Source: an archaeon GW2011_AR10
GTDB taxonomy: Archaea; Iainarchaeota; Iainarchaeia; Iainarchaeales; GW2011-AR10
Length of the DNA: 32,000 nucleotides
NCBI GenBank assembly: GCA_000830275.1
Contig: CP010424.1
Span: 390,001-422,000, forward strand
Direction: 5' to 3'
Of this stretch, positions 23,368 through 32,000 are shown piece by piece. Within the stretch, counting starts at the first letter, position 1, and every line of letters begins with the position of its first letter. The position numbers and the translations under genes were made by a program. The notes under the pieces are model-generated. The model saw only the letters and a program-made list of their open reading frames with translations. It was not told the origin of the DNA and searched no databases.

Positions 23368-26223
23368 ATGGCCAAAAACGTTGATTCTCCCGCAAAAAAA
23401 ATGAATAGCCGTGTAAGCAGGGAAAAGACAGAAAAGGACACTGACATTTTTGACGAAATCCTTGAGGAAAAGGCAGAAAAGGAAAAAGACAAGAAAGAAG
23501 ACGAAGAAGAGAAAGAGGATGTAACATTTGATGAGGAAGATGAAGGGCAGAGAACAGATGATAAAAGCGAATATAGCGGGAAAGAAGGCAATGAGGAAAA
23601 GCAGGCAGATGAAGAAGAAAGCAGCGAAGACACGGATGACTTTGAGTATTCGCTTGAAAGAGAGGAAGACTCAGTAGAGCACGGTGTAAAGGAAAAGGAG
23701 CTTGACGAGGTTCCTCTAAAAGAACTAGGCAAGAATAGGGAAGAAATTAAGGACACTATCATTCACAAGGCGTCTCTGCTTTCATTAAAGGATAAGGGCC
23801 CAGCAGAAACTGGATTGAAGCTGAATTTTCTCTCTGACCCGGCTACTGGAAACGTTTTCATTGGGAGGAAAAAAGCAGTCCACAAAAAGTACGGCTATGA
23901 GGGAGCGCTCCACGTAGGCAGGGTAAACGAGCAGGAGTTCAAAGACAAAGACATTTACCTTGACAGCCTTAACCCGCACGTTGTATTTGTGTGCGGGGCA
24001 CGTGGAAGCGGAAAATCGTACGTAATGGGGGTAATAGCTGAAGAGATTGCCCTGAAGAACAAGAATGTTGGCACAATTGTCATTGACCCAATCGGGGTTT
24101 TTTGGAGCATGCGTTTTCCAAACAGAGAGGAAAGGGAACTGGAAAAAATCAAGGAGTGGAAACTGAATCCTCTTGGCCTGAAGAACATTCGGGTGTTTGT
24201 TCCTGCTGGAATCAGGGGTCAAGTTCCGAAAACAACTTTTGATGCCGGCTTTTCAATGCAGCCTTCACTGCTGAGCTCGGAGGATTGGGCTCTGACATTC
24301 AAAATTGACAGGTTCAGTGTAACCGGCTTGCTGCTGGAAAAAGTCCTTAAAAAGGTTGAGTCTGGCTATAAGAGCCTTGAAGACAAAAAAATTCCGGCTA
24401 AGGGAAGGAACTACTCGCTTGACGACATAGTAATCTGCCTCGAATCCGATGCTGAGTTAAACTCCAGGGAGAAAGGCTATAAGCAGGACTCAATAAGGGC
24501 GTTGTCAAGCAGGTTTGAGGCAGCGAAGGCTTGGGGAATATTCGATGAAAAAGGAACGCCTTTGAGTGACCTTTCAAGGGAAGGCCAGATGACAATTCTT
24601 GACACGAGTTTTCTGGATGACACTGTAACTGCTCTTGTTATTGGAGTGCTTGCAAGGAGGATTCTTGCTGCAAGAAAGATTTCGACAAGAAAGGAGGCTG
24701 CTTCTAGGTTCAAGACTTTGGATGTAGATCAGCTGCTTGAGCTGGAGATTCCTCCAACATGGCTTTTCATTGATGAAGCGCATACTCTTATTCCAAGCGG
24801 TAACGAAAAAACCCCTGCTAGTTCTGCGCTGGTGGAGTATGTCAAGCAGGGAAGGAGGCCTGGCTGCAGCCTGGTTTTTGCAACCCAGCAGCCTAGTGCA
24901 ATTGACACAAAGGTTTTGAGCCAGCTCGACATAATCATGACTCACAAGCTTGTTTTTGACGATGACGTAAAAGCTGTTTTCAAGAGAACACCAACTATTA
25001 TTCCAGCTGCATTCAAGAGGAAGAGCTTCATTAAGACTCTGCCGGTTGGAGTTGCATTAACTGGAGATAGAAGCGAGGAAACCAGCAGGGCATTCATTAT
25101 GAGCATCAGGCCAAGGCTGAGCCAGCACGAGGGAAGGGACGCTGAAACTCTTGGAATGAGTGAAACTGTTTCAGCTGAACAGCTTGAAAATCTTATAGTG
25201 GAGGTTGTCCACAGAGACCTGCTTAAGGAAGGGGAAATCGAAATCGAGAAAATAAAGAAGGTTATAGAGACGCTTAATGCAAAATACAATGGGAACGCGC
25301 ACCTTTCAGCAATACTGCAGGGCTTGAGGGAGAAAGGATTTATTGTAGGCCAGAAAACTGTTATGCTTGAAGGAGCCAAGGGCGACAGGAAAATAGCCAA
25401 GGAAATAATCAAGGCTGAAAGCGGTGAAGAAGAGGAAACAGGAGAGGAAGGTGAAGCACTAAAAGGAGAACCCCTGCAGGATGTGGAAACAACTGAGCTT
25501 TTGGCTTTGCCGCAGAGAATTCCTGAAAGCAGGGCAAAGGAAATTGTGAACGAAATCAGGAAGAAGAGGCTGTTAGGGCTGCTTGGAGGCGAGGAAGTAG
25601 TAAGAGACACAGCACTGCGCTATCACACTGTCTGGAAAGTGAACTACGACATTGTTAGCACAAAAAACGAATTCCTTTCACGGCAGTGCTTCATTAGTTC
25701 CTCAAGCGGTGAGTTCCTGCACTTTTCAATGGGAAAGTTTGTTGAATCCAAAGGCTTGAACGAGTTCTTTGAACTAGGGGAAGACGAACTCTCAGTGCTT
25801 AAAGCCCTGATGAAAAACCAGTTGAGTGCAGAGGAACTGATTGGCATAACAGAATTTGGAGAGGGAAAAGTGCTGAGAATCCTGAAAAAGCTGGGTGAAC
25901 GAGGCTTAGTTGGAGTAGCTGTTGAACAAAAAACAGGGAAACGGATTTACTGGCTGAAGCAGCAGTTTGATTTGCCGCCAAGTGAAAGGCACGAGTTGCT
26001 TGGCTCAATAAATTATCTTCCATTTGTGAGGGCTGACGCGATAAGCAAGGAGCACGAGTTGTTCGGCAAAGAAAAAATTCCTGAACTGCTGCAGAAAATG
26101 TGGAAGAATGTCATAGTGAAAAGCATTGAGGAGATTTACAGGCCCGTGTGGCACTTTAAGCTGGAACTTGACGGCAAGGAAAGAACTGTTCTGGTTGACG
26201 GCGTAACAGGAAAGGTCATTTGA
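23368..26223 (+). CDS. HerA/FtsK-superfamily (DUF87-like) ATPase with acidic N-terminal region and C-terminal winged-helix
   Basis: AGGTGG lies 6 nt upstream of the ATG. Walker A is GARGSGKS (23995-24018). Walker B is WLFIDEAH (D-E at 24772-24777). VKQGRRPGCSLVFATQQPSAIDTKVLSQLDIIMTHKL matches the HerA-type arginine-finger/sensor region. The C-terminal LSVLKALMKNQLSAEELIGITEFGEGKVLRILKKLGERGLV is wHTH-like. Confidence 0.8.
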   Translation: MAKNVDSPAKKMNSRVSREKTEKDTDIFDEILEEKAEKEKDKKEDEEEKEDVTFDEEDEGQRTDDKSEYSGKEGNEEKQADEEESSEDTDDFEYSLEREEDSVEHGVKEKELDEVPLKELGKNREEIKDTIIHKASLLSLKDKGPAETGLKLNFLSDPATGNVFIGRKKAVHKKYGYEGALHVGRVNEQEFKDKDIYLDSLNPHVVFVCGARGSGKSYVMGVIAEEIALKNKNVGTIVIDPIGVFWSMRFPNREERELEKIKEWKLNPLGLKNIRVFVPAGIRGQVPKTTFDAGFSMQPSLLSSEDWALTFKIDRFSVTGLLLEKVLKKVESGYKSLEDKKIPAKGRNYSLDDIVICLESDAELNSREKGYKQDSIRALSSRFEAAKAWGIFDEKGTPLSDLSREGQMTILDTSFLDDTVTALVIGVLARRILAARKISTRKEAASRFKTLDVDQLLELEIPPTWLFIDEAHTLIPSGNEKTPASSALVEYVKQGRRPGCSLVFATQQPSAIDTKVLSQLDIIMTHKLVFDDDVKAVFKRTPTIIPAAFKRKSFIKTLPVGVALTGDRSEETSRAFIMSIRPRLSQHEGRDAETLGMSETVSAEQLENLIVEVVHRDLLKEGEIEIEKIKKVIETLNAKYNGNAHLSAILQGLREKGFIVGQKTVMLEGAKGDRKIAKEIIKAESGEEEETGEEGEALKGEPLQDVETTELLALPQRIPESRAKEIVNEIRKKRLLGLLGGEEVVRDTALRYHTVWKVNYDIVSTKNEFLSRQCFISSSSGEFLHFSMGKFVESKGLNEFFELGEDELSVLKALMKNQLSAEELIGITEFGEGKVLRILKKLGERGLVGVAVEQKTGKRIYWLKQQFDLPPSERHELLGSINYLPFVRADAISKEHELFGKEKIPELLQKMWKNVIVKSIEEIYRPVWHFKLELDGKERTVLVDGVTGKVI

Positions 26224-26815
26224 AAAACTCGTTCGGCATTATTTTTGAATTGTTTGGAACAATCGCTCCGCAATTGATTGAAGAGTTTATCCCTGTTTTC
26301 GTGTTGCTGCCAATCAGCGCTCCAAGTTTTCTCCTGCCTGAATCAACGAGCCGGCCATTAACCAAGACTTTTACATTTGCATTGTCATGGCGCAGGTTGG
26401 CTATTTTTGTTCCGGCACCGAGGTTAACATTCTCCCCCAAAATGGAATCGCCAACGTAGTTGAAGTGAGGAACATTGCTGTTGCTTAAAATAATGGAGTT
26501 CTTTACCTCGCTTATTCCAACATGGCAGTTGTCTGCCACGATTGTGCCACTGCGCAGGTAGGCATTCGGGCCTATCCTGCAGTTTTCACCCACCACAACA
26601 GTTCCTTCCAGCACTGAACCGCTTCTAAGCACAGAGCCTTTGCCTAAAACAATTTTTCCCCTTATTTGAACGTTTTCTTCGATGGTTCCTGCAATTTTTT
26701 CTCCAATGCTTTTCATAGACTTTTCTGATTCATTCAAATAATTCCAGAACTCAAACTGTTTTCCTGCATCAATTTCTTTTTTGAGGCGCACCAGAAATTC
26801 CTGCAATTGCTTCAT
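26216..26815 (-). CDS. left-handed beta-helix (hexapeptide) acyltransferase, GlmU C-terminal-domain-like
   Basis: Tandem hexapeptide repeats run through most of its 199 aa. It is the last gene of the glmS-glmM operon. It has no nucleotidyltransferase domain. Confidence 0.75.
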   Translation of the reverse strand: MKQLQEFLVRLKKEIDAGKQFEFWNYLNESEKSMKSIGEKIAGTIEENVQIRGKIVLGKGSVLRSGSVLEGTVVVGENCRIGPNAYLRSGTIVADNCHVGISEVKNSIILSNSNVPHFNYVGDSILGENVNLGAGTKIANLRHDNANVKVLVNGRLVDSGRRKLGALIGSNTKTGINSSINCGAIVPNNSKIMPNEFFK

Positions 26816-28180
26816 TTAGGCACCTATCTCTTTTTTTATTGAAGCAACGATTTTGCTAGCAAGGGAATTAATTAGTTTCTCATTCTTTCCCTCAAGCATT
26901 ACTCTTGCAATGTTTTCCGTTCCTGAATACCGCAGCAGCACCCTTCCATTTTTTCCAAGCACTGATTCAGCATCTTTTACAGCCATGCTCACAGCAGGCA
27001 TCATCTCAAATGGCTTTTTTTCCCTGACATTGACGTTAATCAGAACTTGGGGAAAGCGATTCATTAATCCGCTTAACTCTGACAACGGTTTTCGTGTTTC
27101 CTTCATTATTCTAAGAAGCTGAAGGGCAGTTATCAACCCGTCTCCCGTAGTAGAATAATCCCCAAAAATTATGTGGCCTGACTGCTCGCCGCCAAAATTA
27201 AATGAATTTGACTTCATTTCCTCTATCACGTAGCGGTCACCAACAGCTGTTGTCCTAACATTAATTCCTTCCTTTCTCATTGCCTCATGGAATCCAAGGT
27301 TGCTCATCACAGTTGCAACAACTGTTTTCTTTTTCAGCTTGCCATCATCTAAAAGCTTCTTGGCGCATAAAGCCATTATTTGGTCTCCGTCTAAAAGCTC
27401 GCCTTTCTCGTTGCACGCAATAACCCTGTCAGCATCCCCGTCAAAAGCAAAGCCTACATTGGCTCCTGTTTCTTTCACTGCCCTCTGCATTCCCTCTGGA
27501 TGCAGGGCACCACAGTTTAGGTTGATGTTTAACCCATCAGGGAAAACATTGATTGCTTTGACTTCCACTCCGAGTTCAGAGAAAACTGCTGGCACAACAT
27601 TGTATGCTGCTCCATTAGCACAGTCAACTACAATTTTAAACCCCTTCAGCGAAGTGTTGTCAACTGTTCCCTTAACGTACTCAATATAGCGGCCTTTTGC
27701 CTCATTCACCCTAAAGGCTTTCCCGATTGAATTGTTGTTTCCAAGCTCTTTGCCGGAAAAAACAACTCTTTCTATTTCAAGCTCTACTGCATCACTTAAC
27801 TTGAATCCCTTTGAGTCAAAAATTTTTATTCCATTGTGGCTCGCGGGGTTATGGGAGGCAGATAGGACAATTCCTGCATCAGCATTAAGTGATTTGGTCA
27901 AGTGAGCAATAGCAGGGGTTGGCAGAGGCCCAACCAGCATCACTTCAACGCCCATTGAAACAAGGCCAGAAGTCAAGGCAGTTTCAATCATGTAACCTGA
28001 AAGCCTTGTGTCCTTGCCGATTACCACTTTGTGGGTTCTGCCGTTCTGCTTCTTGAAAACATCTGCAACTGCTTTCCCAACCCTAAGCACTGTTTCAGGA
28101 GTCATTGGGGGAGCATTGGCAATGCCTCTGATGCCATCAGTTCCGAAAAGCCTTCTTTCAGTTTTACCCATGGAAGTCAC
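26816..28180 (-). CDS. glmM: phosphoglucosamine mutase
   Basis: Contains FGTDGIRG, the phosphoserine loop SASHNPASHNGIK and the Mg site FDGDADR. The GTG start overlaps the glmS stop (GTGA). ATG at 28171 is an alternative. Confidence 0.9.
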   Translation of the reverse strand: MTSMGKTERRLFGTDGIRGIANAPPMTPETVLRVGKAVADVFKKQNGRTHKVVIGKDTRLSGYMIETALTSGLVSMGVEVMLVGPLPTPAIAHLTKSLNADAGIVLSASHNPASHNGIKIFDSKGFKLSDAVELEIERVVFSGKELGNNNSIGKAFRVNEAKGRYIEYVKGTVDNTSLKGFKIVVDCANGAAYNVVPAVFSELGVEVKAINVFPDGLNINLNCGALHPEGMQRAVKETGANVGFAFDGDADRVIACNEKGELLDGDQIMALCAKKLLDDGKLKKKTVVATVMSNLGFHEAMRKEGINVRTTAVGDRYVIEEMKSNSFNFGGEQSGHIIFGDYSTTGDGLITALQLLRIMKETRKPLSELSGLMNRFPQVLINVNVREKKPFEMMPAVSMAVKDAESVLGKNGRVLLRYSGTENIARVMLEGKNEKLINSLASKIVASIKKEIGA

Positions 28181-29931
28181 TTAACCGTAACAGATTTTGC
28201 AAGGTTTCTCGGCTTGTCGGGATCAAGTTTTTTCTCGACAGCCAAGTGGTATGCGAGCAATTGAATAGGCAAAATCATTAAAATCGGGTTGGCGTTTCCA
28301 ACTTCCTCAACCCTGAAGAAATAGTCAAACAGCTTGTTTGGCTTTGAATCTATTCCAATAATGAAAGCGCCGCGGCTTTTGAGTTCCTGCGCGTTGCTCA
28401 TAATCAGCGGCCTTGTCTGGTCAGTGGAAAAAACAATGCATGGAATGCCTTCCTCCACCAAAGCAATTGTTCCGTGCTTTAATTCCGCGCCCGCAAAGCC
28501 CTCAGCATGAATGTAGGAAACCTCCTTGATTTTAAGTGCTCCTTCAAGCGCACTCGGAAAAGCCAAGTCTCTTCCAATCAGGAAAAAGTCCCTGCTGTTC
28601 TTGAGCCTTGCTGCAAGCTCTTTTGCCGGAGCTGAGCTTTCATCAATTACTTTCTGGGAAAGGGCAGCTGCTTTCTCCACTAACTCATGACCTTCCACTT
28701 GCTTGCCTGCAACAACGTAAGCCAAGAGAAGCAGGATTGCAAGCTGTGAAGTGTAACTCTTGGTGGAAAGAACACAGATTTCTGGGCCGGAGTTCATCAT
28801 AATTGTTTCATCGCTTAAGCGGGTAAGGCTTGAGCCCATGACATTCACAATGCTAACGACTTTCGAGGAACGCTTTTTGGCTGTTTTAACCGCGTCAAGA
28901 ACATCAGCGGTTTCACCGCTCTGCGAGACCGCTATAACCAGTGTTTCCTTTTCCAAGAACTCCTCATAGTTTCTGAACTCAGAGGCAAGGACAACATTCA
29001 CGTGCATTTTTGCAACGTGGGAGAAAATGTATGCAGAGGAAACGCAGGCATGGTAGGATGTTCCGCAGCCAACAAAGAAAACTCCTTTCGCATTCTTAAT
29101 CATTGAGGAAACCTTTTCAATAATTCCTTTAGGCTGCTGCACTGCCTTTTTGATTGTGAATCGCTGCTCGTTTAATTCCTTGAGCATGAAATGGGGGAAT
29201 TCCCCTTTCTGCGCCTGCTCAATGCTCCAGTTCACTTCCTCAACATCTTTCTCCAGCTGCTTTCCTGTGAGGACATCAAAAAACTCGGCTTTTTTTCCAA
29301 GCAAAGCCATTTCAAAGTCATTGAGGTAAACCACTTTTTTGGCGTGGTCCAAAAAAGCAGGAACATCAGAGGCAGCAAAAATTGAGTGCTTTCCCAATCC
29401 TATAACAAGCGGGGAACCGTTCCTTGCAGCAACCAACTCTCTTTCGCCTGCATGCATTGCAACAACCGCGTAGCTGCCATCAATTTTTTTAAGGCTCAAG
29501 CGCACTGCTTCCTTGAAGCTCTGCCCTTCACCCATGAACAGCTGGATGAGGTTAGGGATTATTTCTGTGTCAGTTTCACTGTTGAAGGAAAAGCCTTTCC
29601 CTTCAAGGAAATGCTTTAGTTCCTCGTGGTTTTCGATTATGCCGTTGTGCACAACCGCGATTGTTTTGTCGTTGCTTAAATGCGGGTGCGCATTGGCTTC
29701 AGTTACTTTTCCGTGAGTTGCCCAGCGAGTATGCGCTAAAGCAGTGCCTGAACCGGCTTGGAATGAAAAACTTTCAGGCAGTTTCCCTGTTTTCTTGAGC
29801 ACCTCAATGCTTTTCCCGCCTTTGAATGCAACACCCCAAGAGTCATAGCCTCTGTACTCAAGCCTCTTGAGTGCAGCGAAAGCCATTGAGGCAGCATTTT
29901 TTTCTGCCAAAACCCCTACTATGCCGCACAT
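28177..29931 (-). CDS. glmS: glutamine--fructose-6-phosphate aminotransferase
   Basis: The MCGIVG N-terminal nucleophile is present, with an Ntn amidotransferase domain plus two SIS domains. The C-terminal NLAKSVTVK resembles the bacterial ...NLAKSVTVE. Confidence 0.95.
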   Translation of the reverse strand: MCGIVGVLAEKNAASMAFAALKRLEYRGYDSWGVAFKGGKSIEVLKKTGKLPESFSFQAGSGTALAHTRWATHGKVTEANAHPHLSNDKTIAVVHNGIIENHEELKHFLEGKGFSFNSETDTEIIPNLIQLFMGEGQSFKEAVRLSLKKIDGSYAVVAMHAGERELVAARNGSPLVIGLGKHSIFAASDVPAFLDHAKKVVYLNDFEMALLGKKAEFFDVLTGKQLEKDVEEVNWSIEQAQKGEFPHFMLKELNEQRFTIKKAVQQPKGIIEKVSSMIKNAKGVFFVGCGTSYHACVSSAYIFSHVAKMHVNVVLASEFRNYEEFLEKETLVIAVSQSGETADVLDAVKTAKKRSSKVVSIVNVMGSSLTRLSDETIMMNSGPEICVLSTKSYTSQLAILLLLAYVVAGKQVEGHELVEKAAALSQKVIDESSAPAKELAARLKNSRDFFLIGRDLAFPSALEGALKIKEVSYIHAEGFAGAELKHGTIALVEEGIPCIVFSTDQTRPLIMSNAQELKSRGAFIIGIDSKPNKLFDYFFRVEEVGNANPILMILPIQLLAYHLAVEKKLDPDKPRNLAKSVTVK

Positions 29932-30037
29932 AATAAAGTATATAGTTTAAATTAATATTAAAAAGAGCCTTGGGACAACAATCGAAAGAAACAGAAATTA
30001 ATGGGGTTTTTAAGCGTTTTCTGGCTGAGTTTTGTGA

Positions 30038-30325
30038 ATGGAACTTGACCAGTTTACCGGCAGGCCCTGCAAGAGTAGCCTTGCGTTCGAGTTCTTGCCC
30101 AAAAAAAAAGAAAAACTGGATTTGGCAAGTGCAGCAAAACAGCTGCGCATGGCAAAAGTTGAGGTAGAGGTTGAAACACCGGTGCTGTTGATGGTTAAGC
30201 TGGAGGGCACAGACTTAAGCCTCTTCAGGAACGGCAAAATAATGGTCAAGGAAACAAGGGAAGAGGCAAAGGCAAGGGAAAAAGCCGAAAAGCTCCTGAA
30301 ACTGCTTAAAACAGGCAGGGGTTAA
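30038..30325 (+). CDS. 95-aa hypothetical protein
   Basis: LSLFRNGKIMVKETREEAKAREKAEKLL reminds me of the C-terminal tail of some archaeal ThiF/MoeB-like proteins. This is a weak recollection only. Confidence 0.4.
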   Translation: MELDQFTGRPCKSSLAFEFLPKKKEKLDLASAAKQLRMAKVEVEVETPVLLMVKLEGTDLSLFRNGKIMVKETREEAKAREKAEKLLKLLKTGRG

Positions 30326-30399
30326 GCTTAAATAGGAAAAACAACATATTAAACCTAAATTGCTTCATTCAAATAAACTTTGAAAAAGGTGAAAAAAAG

Positions 30400-31044
30400 A
30401 TGGTTGATTTCGCTGGAGCGATAAAAAAGCCTTTCTCTGACGGCAAGACGGCACTAATAGGAATAGTCGTCGGGTTGATTCCGGTTGTGAGCCTGCTTCT
30501 TTCAGGCTATGGAGTAAAGGTTGCACAGAACACTCTGAACAAAAACAAGTCACTTCCTGCTTGGGGTTTAACCAACATTGGAGACCACATAATAAAGTCA
30601 ATTATGGTGCTGGTTATCCATATAATTTACGGCATTCCTGGAGGAATTTTGTTGGCTGTTGCGCTCGGCGCAGCAATAGTTACCCTGCTTTCAAGTGGTG
30701 ACTTCATCTCAGCGTTTGCAGCAGGCGGGTTAATCGGAATTCTTGGCATTCTACTCCTGCTCGTTGGGGCAATTCTTGCTTCAATGGGAGTAATCTTTTA
30801 TGCTAAGGAAGGAAACTTCGGTGCAGCCTTCAAGTTCGGCGCAATACTGAAAAAAGTCCTGACAGGCAAATACATTATATCATTAGTGGTGGTAATAGCT
30901 TGGGCTATTGTCCTAGGAATAGTTGCAGTAATTCTTGCAATCATTCCAATAATAGGCTCATTGGTTGGAGCAGGGCTTTTGGGGTATGCACTAACAGTAA
31001 CTGCCTACACGATATTCTCCGAAGTCTTTAACGAAACCAAGTAG
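30400..31044 (+). CDS. polytopic membrane protein, DUF4013-like
   Basis: The N-terminus AIKKPFSDGKTALIGIVVGLIPVVSLLLSGYGVKVAQNTL...LPAW fits my memory of the DUF4013 opening. The rest is Gly/Ala/Ile-rich TM helices. Confidence 0.55.
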   Translation: MVDFAGAIKKPFSDGKTALIGIVVGLIPVVSLLLSGYGVKVAQNTLNKNKSLPAWGLTNIGDHIIKSIMVLVIHIIYGIPGGILLAVALGAAIVTLLSSGDFISAFAAGGLIGILGILLLLVGAILASMGVIFYAKEGNFGAAFKFGAILKKVLTGKYIISLVVVIAWAIVLGIVAVILAIIPIIGSLVGAGLLGYALTVTAYTIFSEVFNETK

Positions 31045-31109
31045 GCATTTCAACTTTTTTTCTTTTTTTATACAAAGTCTTTTAAACATCTGTGGGTTTA
31101 AAGTTCCGT

Positions 31110-32000
31110 ATGCGAAACTTTTCCCTCGGAAAGCTGTTCGGAATAAGGCTGGAGTTGCACAGCACGTTCATTCTGCTTATTGCCGCAATAACCGGCTTCC
31201 TCGCAATATTTGATTTCCCTAGCCTTGTTCCAACTCTTGTACTTTTGTTTTTCCTTTTCGTTTCGGTTTTCATCCACGAGCTGTTCCACTCAATCGTTGC
31301 AATATCAAAAGGAATAAAGGTGGAAAAAATCACGCTGCTGCCAATCGGCGGGATTTCATTAACTGAGGAAATTCCGGAAAAGCCTTTAGACGAGTTCCTG
31401 ATAGCTGTTGCAGGGCCAATGTTCAATTTCATTGTTGTAGTGCTGATTGCCCTGCTATTAAGTTTTTTTCCGCAGCTACCGTGGCCGTGGCACATATTCA
31501 CTGACCCTGCTGCAGGAGCAGAGGAACTCAACCAAGCGCTTTTAGATTTCCCGCTGTTCAGCCTGTTCTGGGTTAACCTGGTTTTAGGCGCATTCAACCT
31601 CTTTGTACCAGCCCTGCCTCTCGATGGTGGAAGAGTGCTGAGAAGCATTCTCTCCTGGAGGCTTGGATTCAGCAAAGCAACAAGGATTGCAGCAGGAGTG
31701 TCCACTGTCCTGTCATTGTTTCTCTTCCTCATAGGTTTTTTTTCTGGAAACATTATTCTGCTAATAATAGCAATTTTCATTTACTTGGGAGCAGGCCAAG
31801 AAAATGAGTTTGCAGCACTCAAGGAAACACTTAAGGGGGTTGACTTAACGGCAGTGCTAAACAAAAAGCCTCTAATTCTCAAGCAGGAAACAACGCTTGA
31901 AGAAGCATTCCAGCTACTCCAGAAAAAGAACCAGACAGCATTTCTTGTTGAAACCGGCAATGGCATTGGCTTTGTTTCAGTTGACGTTTTAGAGGGAATC
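31110..32000 (+). CDS. M50 site-2 protease family protein with CBS-like C-terminal region (partial, runs off window)
   Basis: Open frame from ATG 31110 to the window end (297 codons), so it is absent from the track. Contains HELFHS (HExxH) and NLFVPALPLDGG. The opposite-strand ORF 31082-31780 is its compositional mirror. Confidence 0.8.
   Translation, partial: MRNFSLGKLFGIRLELHSTFILLIAAITGFLAIFDFPSLVPTLVLLFFLFVSVFIHELFHSIVAISKGIKVEKITLLPIGGISLTEEIPEKPLDEFLIAVAGPMFNFIVVVLIALLLSFFPQLPWPWHIFTDPAAGAEELNQALLDFPLFSLFWVNLVLGAFNLFVPALPLDGGRVLRSILSWRLGFSKATRIAAGVSTVLSLFLFLIGFFSGNIILLIIAIFIYLGAGQENEFAALKETLKGVDLTAVLNKKPLILKQETTLEEAFQLLQKKNQTAFLVETGNGIGFVSVDVLEGI

Noticed and set aside
23277-23762. 161-aa Ser-rich minus-strand ORF, plus the 24942-25610 (222 aa) and other antisense ORFs inside the ATPase gene
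   Set aside because: They are mirror images of the purine-rich Glu/Lys-coding sense strand. They are low-complexity poly-Ser/Leu with no start context.
26216-26223. 8-nt overlap of the convergent stop codons of the ATPase and acetyltransferase genes
   Set aside because: This is trivial tail-to-tail overlap (TCATTTGA) with no structural or regulatory signal.
29932-30037. glmS ribozyme-type element upstream of glmS
   Set aside because: The spacer is short and AT-rich with only a TATA-like box. That ribozyme is a bacterial feature, and I see no conserved core here.
29970-30325. Possible frameshift at the A-rich tract (30101-30115) joining ORF 29970-30167 to ORF 30038-30325
   Set aside because: The upstream ORF starts at TTG and has implausible composition. 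The 30038 ORF has its own ATG and reads coherently by itself.
31082-31780. 232-aa minus-strand ORF (and the 31098-31289 and 31781-31966 ORFs)
   Set aside because: The Ser/Arg/Asn-rich product has no motifs. The plus strand carries an uninterrupted M50 protease ORF with HExxH and LDGG motifs, which explains the open antisense frame.
1-32000. CRISPR arrays, rRNA genes, transposases or integrases
   Set aside because: No regularly spaced direct repeats, no rRNA-like conserved blocks, and no DDE or tyrosine/serine recombinase motifs were seen in any ORF.

Overview
This looks like a chromosomal segment of an uncultivated archaeon. That is an inference from four things: an archaeal-type SRP RNA, a tRNA with intron-like inserts, TTTAAATA-type TATA boxes about 25-30 nt upstream of many start codons, and FtsZ. 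Housekeeping content is ftsZ, a fused long-form guaA, a glmS-glmM-hexapeptide acetyltransferase operon, two M50 site-2 proteases, SRP RNA, and tRNA-Ser(GCU), tRNA-Asn(GUU) and tRNA-Ala(CGC). Between these lie accessory and orphan genes: an ArsR-led envelope thiol/metal cluster, RHH/RelE-like and VapBC toxin-antitoxin cassettes, a Fic protein, an HTH-nuclease gene abutting tRNA-Asn, a P-loop-less KaiC-like protein, an LRR lipoprotein, a 675-aa Cys-repeat surface protein and several lysine/arginine-rich orphans. The four candidates I rank highest for something new are listed here. (1) A GGDEF-like (GTDEF) palm-domain protein with two co-oriented basic orphans at 19.4-21.6 kb. (2) A methyltransferase, membrane-anchored basic protein and 951-aa HerA/FtsK-like ATPase module at 22.0-26.2 kb, carrying an in-frame duplication scar. 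(3) Unusual tRNA biology: a two-intron tRNA-Ser, an orphan tRNA 3' half whose 27-nt repeat brackets a TA cassette, and repeated 5' fragments plus hairpin clusters around tRNA-Ala. (4) Several unassigned structured-RNA candidates and a small palindromic intergenic repeat family. No CRISPR array, rRNA, transposase or integrase was seen. All calls come from reading the sequence and ORF track by eye; no searches or folding programs were run.
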